From Dehalococcoidia bacterium (lineage in GTDB: Bacteria; Chloroflexota; Dehalococcoidia; Bin125), in the NCBI GenBank assembly GCA_963663895.2, contig CAXXRD010000002.1:160001-224000 (forward strand): DNA of 64,000 bases. Reading direction: 5' to 3'. Below the pieces are notes generated by a model. It searched no databases, was not told where the DNA came from, and saw only the letters and a program-made list of their open reading frames with translations. The position numbers and the translations under genes are program-made. Positions 27,325 to 39,341 of this stretch are shown piece by piece; position 1 is the stretch's first letter, and each line of letters begins with the position of its first letter.

Positions 27325-30134
27325 ATGCGGCGCGCGATGTGGCGTGGACTCAGTGGCGGAAGGGGTTGCACAAGAGGCGGCCTGTGGGATCGAGCGGGGA
27401 AGCGGTTGCCTTTCGCGCGCCTAGCCCTGGCGGGGGCGACTCTGCTGATCGGCGCCGCACTGTTCGGGCCCGCCCCTTCGCTGCTCGCGCAGGAGCCCGG
27501 CGGCACGGCGGAGACAGACCGGGCCGCGTTGCTGGCCCTCTACGCAGCCACGGACGGCCCCAACTGGAGGGACAACGCCAACTGGAGCAGTGATGCGCCG
27601 CTCGACACCTGGCACGGTGTCACCACGAATGACCACGGCCGGGTCATACGCCTGTCGCTTTCCCAAAACAGCTTGCGGGGGACCCTGCCGCCCGAGTTGG
27701 GAACTCTGGACGCGCTGACGGTACTGGCGTTGGGCGACAACGCATTGCGCGGGCCGATTCCGGCTGCACTGAGCAACCTCGCCGACCTAGCGCTGCTGAT
27801 CCTGTGGGACAACGGATTGACGGGCCCGATCCCGGCCACGCTGGGCACCCTCGCCAACCTGCGCGTCACGCGCTTCGCGGGCAATGCGCTGACCGGGTGC
27901 GTGCCCCACGGATTGCGCTATCTGCTGGCTGCTCCCCAATACGCGCCGGACGTCCCGGCCCATGACTTTCTCACGGTGGACGTGAACGGCGACGGCGACA
28001 TCGACGACGCGGGCGACCTCCACGGCCTGGGGCTGCCCTTCTGCATGCTCCACGAGCTGCGGCTGAGCGGCGTGACCCTCGACCCGCCCTTCGCCGCCGA
28101 TAGAGCGGCCTATAGCGCCTCCGTAATCAGAAGCACCGAGGAGACGGTGGTGACGGCGACGCCCTACGACGCCGGCGACCGCGTCACCATCCGCAAGGGT
28201 GAGGAGAGCTATGCCAGCGGCGAGGCGGTGCCGCTCGACCTGGGGCCGAATCCCATCACCATCGAAGTCGTCCCTCCCGACGCGACCCCCAGGCAGACGT
28301 TCACCGTGGCGGTGACACGGCGCCTGAACGACGACGTCCTGATGGTGGATCCCGGGACGCTCTCACCGGCGTTCAGCAGCACGGGGGATCTCTACACGGT
28401 CCACGTGACCAATCAGGTGGCCCGGATCACGATCGAGGGCAGGGCGGACGGGGCGGCCGCGTAGCCTACCGGGACGAGAGCGGGGCGGCGATCACGGACG
28501 CCGACGCGAGCGCCGCCGGCCTGCAACTGGATCTGCCGGAAGTGGGCGGCAGGCGCATCCATGTGGTGATGAGCGCTGCGGACGGCGGCGCGGGGGCGCG
28601 GACCTACGAGATGCTGGCGATCCGCGAGGGCACGGTGGAGACGGACCGGACCGCGCTGCTGGCGCTGCATGAGGCCGTGGTCGGCGCGAACCGGAGGATC
28701 AGTGCCAACTGGGGAAGTACCGAGCCGCTCGGCACCTGGAGCGGCGTCTACACGAACGCCTCCGGCCGCGTCACACGCCTGGCGCTGGAAGGAAGGCTTC
28801 TGGCCGGGCCCCTGCCGGCCGAGTTAGGCCACCTGGACCACTTGACGGACCTGTCTCTGGGAGGCAACGAATTGAGCGGGCCGATCCCGGCCGCGCTGGG
28901 CAACCTCGCCAGACTGCGGAAACTGAATCTCTCGCACAATCGACTGGACGGACCGATTCCAGCGCTGCGCAGCCTCCCCGACCTGACCTACCTGAACCTG
29001 CGGGGCAACCGCTTGAGCGGGCCGATCCCGGCCGCGCTGGACCGCCTCGCTGATTTGAGGAACCTGTTCTTGGACAACAATCAGTTGCACGGGCCGCTGC
29101 CAGCCCTGAGCGGCCTCCCCAAGCTGACGTACCTGAACCTCGATCACAACCGCTTGCGCGGGCCGATCCCGGCCGCGCTGGGCCGCCACGCCGATCTGCG
29201 AGAGTTGGCGCTCGCCGGTAACCGCTTGAGCGGACCGCTACCGGACCTAAGCGGCCTCCCCAAGCTGACGTACCTGAACCTCGGTCACAACCGCTTGCGC
29301 GGGCCGATCCCGGCCGCGTTGGGCCGCCACGCCGATCTGCGAGAGTTGGCGCTCGCCGGCAACCAGCTGATCGGGCCGCTGCCGGACTCGCTAGGCGATC
29401 TCGCCCGCCTGCGCGTCACGCGCTTCGCGGGCAATGCGTTGACTGGATGCGTGCCTCTCGGCTTGCGCCACTTGTTGGCCGCGCCAGCGAATGCGCTGGG
29501 CGTTCCCGCTCACGACTTTATCGCGGTGGACGCGAACGGCGACGGCGACAGCGCCGACGCGGGCGATACCCCCGGCCTGGGCCTGCCCTTCTGCCTGCTG
29601 CGCGAGCTGCACCTGCGCGACGCGACGCTCGATCCGTCCTTCGCCAGCGGCAGGGCCGCCTATGCCGCCGCCATGGCCGACGACGCCATGGAGACGGTCA
29701 TGACGGCGACGGCGCACGACGCCGGCGACGCCCTTACCATCCGCAAAGGCGAAGAGAGCTACGCCAGCGGCGAGGCGCTGCCGCTCGACCCGGGGCCGAA
29801 CCCCATCACCATTGCAGTCGTCCCTCCGGACGGTACCCCCACGCAGATCGTCACCGTAACGGTGACGCGCGAGGCCGGCGAGCCGCCTGCGCCCGGCGGC
29901 GTTACCCTCACCCTGCGGAAGGGCGGTAACTTCTACGCCCTGCCCGCCGGCGCCCCCACGACGGCGGCCCGCCTCTTCGCAGACACGGACGTGGCGAGCG
30001 TCTGGAAGTACAACCGTGCGACGGGCGCCTGGGATCTCGCCTACCTCCCCGATCTGGGCCGAGAGGACTTCGCCATCGCGGGCGGGGACGTGCTCTGGAT
30101 CGTCTCCCCGCGCGCCCAAACGGTCGGCAACTAG
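27325..30134 (+). CDS. Secreted leucine-rich-repeat protein with cadherin-like beta-sandwich domains (frameshift at ~28450)
   Basis: Signal peptide; two DRxALLAL..W.GV + LxLxxNxLxGPIP modules, each with a C-cap and cadherin-like domain; one extra G in the G4 run 28450-28453 joins the two ORFs. Confidence 0.85.
29109..29390 (+). repeat. 141-bp tandem duplication (two LRR units) inside the LRR gene
   Basis: Near-identical agcggcctccccaagctgacgtacctgaacc... at 29109 and 29250. Confidence 0.9.
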
Positions 30135-30327
30135 GCAATTCACGGCGGCGCGCGGCAGCGCGCATGGATCATGTCCGCGTGGCGCCCCACCGAGGCCGCC
30201 CGCCGAGGCATGAGGCCGCTATCTTCCGAACTGTTCCGAAGTGCCTAGCCTCCTAGCTCACTTTTGGGGGCCAACGCGACTTGCCCGCCCGCCTCCCTTC
30301 AAAAGTGCTCTCCGTAGCCACCGCCAC

Positions 30328-32087
<1,760 letters not shown>

Positions 32088-32125
32088 GGACCTGCCTTCC
32101 GATATTTAGGACGACCCGCTCCTCC

Positions 32126-32165
32126 ACGACACAGCCTCCCCGACGGGAGACTGTGTCGTTCTTTC
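32126..32165 (+). terminator. Intrinsic terminator of groEL
   Basis: acgacacag-c-ctccc-cgac-gggag-a-ctgtgtcgt followed by tctttc. Confidence 0.8.
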
Positions 32166-32322
32166 CAGGAATAGCAGCCGAGCAGTGGGTGAGGCCGGGT
32201 CTTACCTGCCGAACTGGGCGTCACCCGGCCAGCCAAACGCTCCGGAACCTCGCAAACGCACTCGCACAGGAACCCGCTGCGGCGTTCGGCGTCACGGCGG
32301 TCGGCCAGCGCGGCGCACCGTC

Positions 32323-33447
32323 TCACCGCGGGATGAGGTGAGCGGCCGTCGCCTTGAAGACCGCAGAAACCGCACTTCCCACCCGCAAACCCAGCGCTTC
32401 GACTGAGGCCGGTGTGACCGTCGCGACGGCGGTCGTGTCCTCGCTGTGGCCCAAGTGGAGCTGGATTCGTAGCACGGGACCCACAAGATTGATCGCGTCG
32501 ATGTGCGCCGGCAAGCAGTTGCGGGCACTGCCGGGGACGGCCGCTGCGGGAGGGAACAGCGTAATCGCCTCGGGGCGCACGCAGACCAAGGCAGCCGCAG
32601 GCGGAGACGCGCTCGCCACATCCACCAGCTGGCCAGCGACGCGATACGTCGCGATGCCGGCGCCGGAGCGTTCCAAGCTCGCGGCCCAGACGTTCTCGAT
32701 TCCCACGAAAGCGGCGACTTCCGCGTCGGCAGGAGCGCCGAAAACCTCAGCAGGCGAGCCCCGCTGGCGCAGGCGCCCGTCGATCAAGACGACGATGCCG
32801 TCGCCGAGGCGGCGAGCTTCGTCCCGGTCGTGGGTCACGAGGACGGTTGTCGGGCGGCTCTCCGCCAAGACGGAGGCGAAGTCCTCGATCAGATCCGATC
32901 GCGTGGGGGCGTCAAGGGCGGCAAAGGGCTCGTCGAGGAGCAGCACTTCTGGATCGAGTGCGAAAGCCCGCGCGAGACTGACACGCTGCGCCTCGCCACC
33001 GGAAACGTCGTGGGCGTGCCGATCGGCAAGGTGCCCCACCCCGAAGCGATCCAGCCAATGCCGTGCCCGTGTGCGCCGCTGCGCGCGCGGCAGCCGCCGC
33101 AGCCGCAACCCCAACTCCACATTGGCGCGCACGCTCATGCTGAGCAGCAGCGGCTCCTGAAAAGCCGCGGCCATGCGACGCCGGGTCGCAATAGGGTCGC
33201 GCTGCATGGGCGCCCCATCAAGGAGCAGCTCGCCGCGCTCGGGCCGGATCAGCAATTGCAGCATGCGCAGCAGCGTGCTCTTGCCCGCGCCATTGGGTCC
33301 GATGAGCGCGATGGTGCGCCCCTCGGGCACATCCAACTCGGGGATATCGAGCACCACGCGGCCGTCGCGGACAACACAGCAGCCGCGAAGCTGGATCTTG
33401 CTGTCCGCAACCGACGGAAGGCTAGGCGGGGCGGCGTTGCTGGGCAC
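32323..33447 (-). CDS. tupC: Tungstate ABC transporter ATPase with TOBE domain
   Basis: GPNGAGKS, SGGEAQRVSLARA, LLDEPF, C-terminal FKATAAHLI. Confidence 0.85.
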   Translation of the reverse strand: MPSNAAPPSLPSVADSKIQLRGCCVVRDGRVVLDIPELDVPEGRTIALIGPNGAGKSTLLRMLQLLIRPERGELLLDGAPMQRDPIATRRRMAAAFQEPLLLSMSVRANVELGLRLRRLPRAQRRTRARHWLDRFGVGHLADRHAHDVSGGEAQRVSLARAFALDPEVLLLDEPFAALDAPTRSDLIEDFASVLAESRPTTVLVTHDRDEARRLGDGIVVLIDGRLRQRGSPAEVFGAPADAEVAAFVGIENVWAASLERSGAGIATYRVAGQLVDVASASPPAAALVCVRPEAITLFPPAAAVPGSARNCLPAHIDAINLVGPVLRIQLHLGHSEDTTAVATVTPASVEALGLRVGSAVSAVFKATAAHLIPR

Positions 33448-34117
33448 TAGTGAAGACCAGATTCACGAGGTAGGCGAGCACCAGCAGCATCACGCCGAGG
33501 GCGATCGCGACCTCGAAACGGCCACGGCTCGTTTCAAGCACCGTCGCGGTGGTGAGCACGCGTGTCTCTCCGGCAATGTTGCCGCCGACCATGATGGAGG
33601 CGCCTACCTCGGAGATGACCGCGCCGAAGCCAGCCATGAGCGCAGCGAGCAACCCTAGGCGCGCCTCACGCACGATCAACCAAAGGAGCTGCAGGCGATT
33701 GGCGCCGAGCGCGATCATCTGGTCGAGGAGCTTGGGGTCGATGGCCTGGATGGCAGCCAGCGAGATGCCGATCACGAGCGGCACAGCGATGACGAACTGG
33801 GCAATGACGATCGCCCAGGGGGTGTAGATGAGGCCGAGGCCGCCGAAGGGACCGCTGCGCCACAGCATGATCGCGACGAAGAGACCCACAACAACCGGCG
33901 GCATGCCCATGCCCGTATTCACAAGGGCGACGAGCGGACGGCGCCCCGGGAAGCGCTTGAGCGCGAGCGCCGCGCCGATCGGGACTCCGAGTACCAGCGA
34001 CACCACCGTGGCGAGGCTCGAGACGGCGAGGGTCCGCAGGGTGATCTCGATGATCTCAGCGTCGCCGCGAATCCAGAGGTTAAAGGCCTCTTTGATGCCG
34101 TCCCAGAGCAAGTCCAC
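33422..34117 (-). CDS. tupB: Tungstate ABC transporter permease
   Basis: NTGMGMPPVVVGL, GFGAVISEVGA, GGNIAGETRVLTTA. Confidence 0.92.
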   Translation of the reverse strand: MDLLWDGIKEAFNLWIRGDAEIIEITLRTLAVSSLATVVSLVLGVPIGAALALKRFPGRRPLVALVNTGMGMPPVVVGLFVAIMLWRSGPFGGLGLIYTPWAIVIAQFVIAVPLVIGISLAAIQAIDPKLLDQMIALGANRLQLLWLIVREARLGLLAALMAGFGAVISEVGASIMVGGNIAGETRVLTTATVLETSRGRFEVAIALGVMLLVLAYLVNLVFTSAQQRRPA

Positions 34118-34128
34118 GGGCGTGCCCC

Positions 34129-35028
34129 TCAGCCATCAGCAGCTTGCGCGGCAAAGCGCTCAATCACTTCGGCTTCCTGGAGGCCGGCAGCGGCATGGAA
34201 GAGCGGGCGGCCGAACTCATCGCGGCGGAAGTCGTTGATGATCGCTTGCGCTTCCTCGCTGAGCATGAACTCGATCCAGGCGACGGCGGCAAGGGCGTTG
34301 ACGCCGAGCTTAGCAGGGCTCACCTGGAGAACGCTGTAGAGATTGAGAAGGGCGGGATCGCCCTCGACTAGGGGGATCAGATCGACATCATCGGAGAGTG
34401 CGAGGAAGGTACCTCGGTCCGTCAGCACGTAGGCGAGCTTTTGGTCGGCGATGATGAGCGTCGCGCCCATGCCCTGGCCACTCTCCGCGTACCACGAGTC
34501 CCCGGGAACGATCCCGACCTCTGCCCAGATCGCCCGCTCACGCTTGTGCGTCCCGCTGTCATCGCCACGAGAGATGAAGCGCGCCTCGGTAGCGGCGATC
34601 GCGGTGAAGGCCATAGCGGCGTCGGTGCCGCCCGCAATGTTGGCGGGATCGGTCCGCGGGCCGACGATTACAAAATCGTTGTAGGCGACGAGGTGTCGGT
34701 TATAGGCATGGCCCGCATCGACCAGAGCGCGCTCCGCGTCGGGCGCGTGCACGAACAGGGCGTCGGCGTTGCCTTCTTCGGCCAAGCGCAGCGCGGCGCC
34801 GGTGCCGACCGCGATCGGCTTCACGTTGACGTCCACGCCGGCCTCGAAGACCGGGATGAGCGCCTCAAGGAGGCCGCTGTCTTGGACGCTGGTGGTCGTA
34901 GCGAGGATCAAGTCGCCACGAGGGGCGGGCGGGGCCGGGCGGCAGGCCAACACGAGGAGGGTGAGCGCAACGAGGCCCGCTAGAGTGAGGCGGACCCACA
35001 ATCGCGATCGATATGCTGATATAAGCAT
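34129..35028 (-). CDS. tupA: Tungstate ABC transporter substrate-binding lipoprotein
   Basis: LATTTSVQDSGLL, VHAP, FISRGDDSGTH, GQGMG, TDRGT; start uncertain (ATG 35028 or TTG 35001). Confidence 0.92.
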   Translation of the reverse strand: MLISAYRSRLWVRLTLAGLVALTLLVLACRPAPPAPRGDLILATTTSVQDSGLLEALIPVFEAGVDVNVKPIAVGTGAALRLAEEGNADALFVHAPDAERALVDAGHAYNRHLVAYNDFVIVGPRTDPANIAGGTDAAMAFTAIAATEARFISRGDDSGTHKRERAIWAEVGIVPGDSWYAESGQGMGATLIIADQKLAYVLTDRGTFLALSDDVDLIPLVEGDPALLNLYSVLQVSPAKLGVNALAAVAWIEFMLSEEAQAIINDFRRDEFGRPLFHAAAGLQEAEVIERFAAQAADG

Positions 35029-35032
35029 AACG
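35009..35032. promoter_or_regulatory. ModE-type operator at the tupA start
   Basis: CGATAT-N12-ATAACG with inner palindrome TATGCT-N6-AGCATA; same half-site spacing as the ModE consensus. Confidence 0.7.
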
Positions 35033-35102
35033 GGCGGAATCATGCCACGTTGCGGCAACCACAGCAAGCCGTGGCGGCGGTCGCATTCGCTAGGCTGCAA
35101 GC

Positions 35103-36251
35103 ATGCACCATCGTTGGGACGTGATCGTGGCAGGTGGTGGCCCAGCAGGAAGCACCGCCGCCCGCCAACTGGCCAGGGCGGTGGCCCGCACCCTCTTGCT
35201 GGAAAAGGCGCGGCACCCCCGATACAAGGCTTGCGGCGGCGGCGTGCCGGCGCGCGCGGTCGCTTTGCTCGATCGTTCGATCGCGCCAGTGACTGAAGAC
35301 GTGGTGCAGGGAATCGAAGTGAGCCACCTCGGCGAGCGGCGCTTCGTAAAACGCTCAACGGATCCCTTAGCTTACATGGTGATGCGCGACCGCTTCGACG
35401 CACTGCTGCTGGAGTGGGCGGGGGAGGCGGGCGCCGAGGTGCGCGAGGGAGAGGCGGTGCAAGATGTCGAGACCGGCTCAGGGGGCGTTCGCGTATCCAC
35501 GGATCGCGATGTCCACGAAGCGACGGTCGTACTCGGCGCAGACGGAGCAGCAGGGCGGGTGGCGCGCGCGTCCGGATTAGGGAGTGGACTCGCGAAGAGC
35601 GCGGCCTGGGAGTTGGAGGTCGCCGCCCCCGAAACGGCTCTGCGCCGCTGGAACGGGCTGGTGAACGTCGATGTAGGCTACCGGCCTTGGGGCTACGGCT
35701 GGGTGTTCCCAAAAGCAGAGCGGCTGTCCATCGGACTGGTGCTGGCACCGGGGCGCGGGCGCCGGATTCGCGAGCAAGCGCAGCGCTACATAGCAGCGTT
35801 GGGGCTGGCCGGAGCGGAAGTGCAAGAGGCGCGCGGACATCCGATCCGCTACCGGCGCCGCAGGGAGCGCGTCGCGGCCGGCCCGGTGTTGCTGCTGGGC
35901 GATGCAGCGGGCCTCGCCGACGAGTTCACCGCAGAGGGGATCTCGTACGCAATCGAGTCGGCAAGGCTGGCGGCAACAGCGGCGCTGGCGGCGCTCGGCG
36001 GCGCTGGTGAGGCGGCCGAAAGGTATACACGGGCGATCGATCGCATGATTCAGCCAGAGCTGAACGCGGCACGGGCGATCTCGCGCATGTACTACTGGTG
36101 CGTCACCACGTGGCCTTGGCTGGCGCTGGGTACGAGCAAACGGGTGGCGTATCTCTGGCACGCCCTCTTCCGGGTCATGCAAGGCCGGTCGACATACCAG
36201 GCGGAATTGCAGCGGATCCCGGGTCTCGCCCTGTCGGCGCGGATGCTATGA
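35103..36251 (+). CDS. Geranylgeranyl reductase family FAD-dependent oxidoreductase
   Basis: GGGPAG, PRYKACGGG, GADG, GYGWVFPK, GDAAG..FTAEGI. Confidence 0.88.
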   Translation: MHHRWDVIVAGGGPAGSTAARQLARAVARTLLLEKARHPRYKACGGGVPARAVALLDRSIAPVTEDVVQGIEVSHLGERRFVKRSTDPLAYMVMRDRFDALLLEWAGEAGAEVREGEAVQDVETGSGGVRVSTDRDVHEATVVLGADGAAGRVARASGLGSGLAKSAAWELEVAAPETALRRWNGLVNVDVGYRPWGYGWVFPKAERLSIGLVLAPGRGRRIREQAQRYIAALGLAGAEVQEARGHPIRYRRRRERVAAGPVLLLGDAAGLADEFTAEGISYAIESARLAATAALAALGGAGEAAERYTRAIDRMIQPELNAARAISRMYYWCVTTWPWLALGTSKRVAYLWHALFRVMQGRSTYQAELQRIPGLALSARML

Positions 36252-36997
36252 ACCGCCGTACAGCGAAGAAACCGGCCCGAGGAAAGACGTCCAGCCAGCG
36301 TCGCCCGGGCAGCCGGAAACGCCGAGCCACGTGCTTGCTCGCGCCCTCGGAGATCATCGAGCGCCTTGATGCCGAGGCACCGATCCCCCCCTGGCGCGCG
36401 CACGGTGACCCGGTGGCGGAGCTGGTGCTGACACTCCTCTCGCAGAACACGTCGGACACGAACTCGGGGCGGGCCTACCAATCGCTCGTGGCGCGCTTCC
36501 CCGATTGGGATGCCGTGTTGGCGGCGCCGGTCGGGGAGATCGAAGCGGCCATTCGCATTGGGGGGCTGGCGAAGACGAAGGCGCCGCGGCTGAAAGCGCT
36601 GCTGGCGGAGCTGCGCGAGCGATGGGGGGACGAGTGGGATGCCTCCCAACTGAAAACCTTGCCCCTGCCGGAGGCCAAAGCGTGGCTCACGAGCCTGCCG
36701 GGCGTAGGACCCAAGACGGCGGCGTGCGTGTTGCTCTTCGCGTTGAAGCGGCCCGCCCTGCCGGTCGACACGCATGTGCATCGCGTATGCCAGCGCCTCG
36801 GCCTCATCAATGAAAAAACGGGCGCCGCCGCCGCACACGAGCTGCTCGAATCACAGGTGAGCCGGGAGCAAGTGTACCCGTTCCACGTCGCATTGATCCG
36901 GCACGGGCGCCGCGTATGCAAGGCGGGGCGCCCTCTTTGCGAGCAATGTGTCCTATCCGACCGATGTCCCAGTGCAGGGTTGGAAAGGGCAGGCTAG
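36248..36997 (+). CDS. nth: Endonuclease III family DNA glycosylase
   Basis: LSQNT, LPGVGPKTA, PVDTHV, C-x6-C-x2-C-x5-C. Confidence 0.9.
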   Translation: MNRRTAKKPARGKTSSQRRPGSRKRRATCLLAPSEIIERLDAEAPIPPWRAHGDPVAELVLTLLSQNTSDTNSGRAYQSLVARFPDWDAVLAAPVGEIEAAIRIGGLAKTKAPRLKALLAELRERWGDEWDASQLKTLPLPEAKAWLTSLPGVGPKTAACVLLFALKRPALPVDTHVHRVCQRLGLINEKTGAAAAHELLESQVSREQVYPFHVALIRHGRRVCKAGRPLCEQCVLSDRCPSAGLERAG

Positions 36998-37030
36998 GGT
37001 AGCTCGACACGCAAACAGCGGAGGCGCCGC

Positions 37031-38071
37031 GTGATCCGCGCTGGCATCATTAACGTTACCGGTTACGTGGGAGGCGAGTTGGCCCGGCTGTTGCTCGGCC
37101 ATCCAGAGGTGCGCGTGACGTCGGTGACGGGGCGGTCCGAGGCGGGCCGGCGGCTGCCGGACGTGTTTCCGCACCTGTGGTCGCTGGATTTGGCGATCAC
37201 CGAGCAGCTTCGGGACGATGTCGACGTGGTGCTCTCAGCGCTACCGCACGCCGCAGCGGCCCAGGCGCTGGCACCGTATATCCGAGCCGGCACGCCGGTG
37301 ATCGACTGCAGCGCTGATTTTCGGCTGCACGACCCCGACACCTACGAACGCTGGTACGGCGAACACCCGGCGAGCGATCTGTTGGCGCAGGCGACGTATG
37401 GTCTGCCGGAGTTGCACCGCGACGCAATCCGGGAATCGCGGCTGGTCGCTGTCCCGGGCTGCTACCCAACCGCAGCGATCCTGGCGCTGGCGCCGCTGCT
37501 GGCAGGAGCGTTGGTAGAAGACGCCCTCGTCGTCGACGCGAAATCCGGCCTGTCTGGCGCGGGGCGGGCCTTGAAGCAGAGCAGCCACTTCGCCGAAGTG
37601 GACGGCGCTCTCAGCGCCTACGGCTTGGACGGTCACCGGCATCAACCCGAGATCGCGCAAGAGCTCGGCGCTCTGCAAGCAAACGGCAGGGCGCCGCAGG
37701 TCACCTTCGTCCCGCATCTGATCCCGATGACGCGCGGAATCCTGGCGACCGCCTACGCCCGCGCGCGGGCGGGCGCACTGCCGGCGGAGCGCCAGCTCGC
37801 ACGGACGGAGCTCGCCCAGCACTACCAGGCGTTCTACGAAGGACACCCGTTCGTGCATGTGACCGCGAGCGGGCCCAGCACGAAACACACGCTCGGCAGC
37901 AATGCTTGCCTCCTGTATCCGAATGTCGACGCGGTAACCGGCCAAGTGGTCGCGATCGCGGCGCTGGACAACCTCGGCAAGGGCGCAGCGGGCGCGGCCG
38001 TGCAGTGCCTCAATCTGATGTGCGGCTTCGACGAGAGCGCGGGCCTGTCGGTCGCCGCGATCTATCCGTAG
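37031..38071 (+). CDS. argC: N-acetyl-gamma-glutamyl-phosphate reductase
   Basis: TGYVG, PGCYPTA, SGLSGAG, DNLGKGAAG. Confidence 0.96.
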   Translation: MIRAGIINVTGYVGGELARLLLGHPEVRVTSVTGRSEAGRRLPDVFPHLWSLDLAITEQLRDDVDVVLSALPHAAAAQALAPYIRAGTPVIDCSADFRLHDPDTYERWYGEHPASDLLAQATYGLPELHRDAIRESRLVAVPGCYPTAAILALAPLLAGALVEDALVVDAKSGLSGAGRALKQSSHFAEVDGALSAYGLDGHRHQPEIAQELGALQANGRAPQVTFVPHLIPMTRGILATAYARARAGALPAERQLARTELAQHYQAFYEGHPFVHVTASGPSTKHTLGSNACLLYPNVDAVTGQVVAIAALDNLGKGAAGAAVQCLNLMCGFDESAGLSVAAIYP

Positions 38072-38078
38072 CACCTCA

Positions 38079-39302
38079 GTGAACGACGACGCGCAACCGG
38101 ACGCCGCGGTCGACTCTAGCCCCGGCGCGTTGACGCGGGCGCGCGGCTTCAAAGCCGGCGCCACCACGGCCGGGATCAAGGAATCCCATCTGCCCGATAT
38201 GGGCCTCCTGGTATCCGAAACGGTCGCGGCGGCGGCGGCGGTCTTCACTTCGAACGCACTGTGGGCGGCGCCGCTCATCGTCGACGCGGAGCATGTCGCG
38301 GACGGCCGCATCCAAACCGTCCTCGTGAATTCCGGCAACGCAAATGCGGCGACGGGGGAGCGCGGGTTGGCCGACGCGCGGCGCATGGCCGAGATCGCCG
38401 CGGCGCGCGCGGGATGCGGACCGGACGAGGTATTCGTTCTCAGTACAGGCGTGATCGGACAGTACTTGCCCATGGATCTGATCGAGGCGGGGGCGAGCGC
38501 GATCACGCCGACGGCCGGGGGCGGGGCGGCGTTCGCGCGGGCGATCATGACAACGGACACGTTCCCCAAGGAAACCAGCCAACAGTTCGAGGCGAATGGG
38601 CGCTCTTACACCATCGGCGGCTGCGCCAAGGGCGCGGGCATGATCCACCCGAACATGGCGACGATGCTGGCCTTCCTCACGACCGACGCGCCGCTAGAGG
38701 TGCCCGTTCTCCGAGCGCAGCTGCGGGAGGCGTGCGACCGCACGTTCAACATGATCAGCGTCGACGGGGACACGTCCACGAACGACACGGTGCTGCTGCT
38801 GGCGAACGGGGCCGGCAGTGGGCCGCCGATCGCGGATGCCGCCGCAGTGAGCGCCTTTGCCGCGGCGCTGGAGACGGTCTGCCGAAAGCTCGCGATCGAC
38901 ATCGCGCGCGACGGCGAAGGCGCGACAAAGCTGATCGCGATGGAGGTGGGAAGCGCGGCAAGCGTCGAGGAAGCACGGGCCGTGGCGCGGAGCGTGGTGC
39001 GCTCACCACTCCTCAAGGCGGCGCTGAGCAAGGGGGACCCGAACTGGGGCCGGGTCCTGATGGCGGCAGGAAACGCGGGGGTGCGGATCGATCCGAGCCG
39101 CTGCCGCCTTTCGATCGGCGAGAGGACGCTGTTCGCGCGGGGGGAACCGACCGGCGTGCCGGAGGCGGAGGCCGCCAAGGCAGTGACGGGCGCGGTGGTG
39201 CACATCCGGCTTGAGCTGGGCCGGGGCGAGGCCTCCGCAACCGCCTGGGGCTGCGACCTCACCGAAGAGTACGTGCGCTTCAACGCAGACTACGTTACGT
39301 AG
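38079..39302 (+). CDS. argJ: Ornithine acetyltransferase
   Basis: NSGNANA, IMTTDT, KGAGMIHPNMATML, DGDTSTND, DGEGA, WGCDL. Confidence 0.97.
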   Translation: MNDDAQPDAAVDSSPGALTRARGFKAGATTAGIKESHLPDMGLLVSETVAAAAAVFTSNALWAAPLIVDAEHVADGRIQTVLVNSGNANAATGERGLADARRMAEIAAARAGCGPDEVFVLSTGVIGQYLPMDLIEAGASAITPTAGGGAAFARAIMTTDTFPKETSQQFEANGRSYTIGGCAKGAGMIHPNMATMLAFLTTDAPLEVPVLRAQLREACDRTFNMISVDGDTSTNDTVLLLANGAGSGPPIADAAAVSAFAAALETVCRKLAIDIARDGEGATKLIAMEVGSAASVEEARAVARSVVRSPLLKAALSKGDPNWGRVLMAAGNAGVRIDPSRCRLSIGERTLFARGEPTGVPEAEAAKAVTGAVVHIRLELGRGEASATAWGCDLTEEYVRFNADYVT

Positions 39303-39341
39303 GCGTTTTCCGCAACCAGCGAGCACCGTACGCTGAACCCC

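Noticed and set aside
28700-29450. CRISPR array
   Set aside because: Repeats are in-frame LRR coding units without unique spacers
27171-29881. Diversity-generating retroelement template/variable repeat pair
   Set aside because: Mismatches are not adenine-specific and no reverse transcriptase is present
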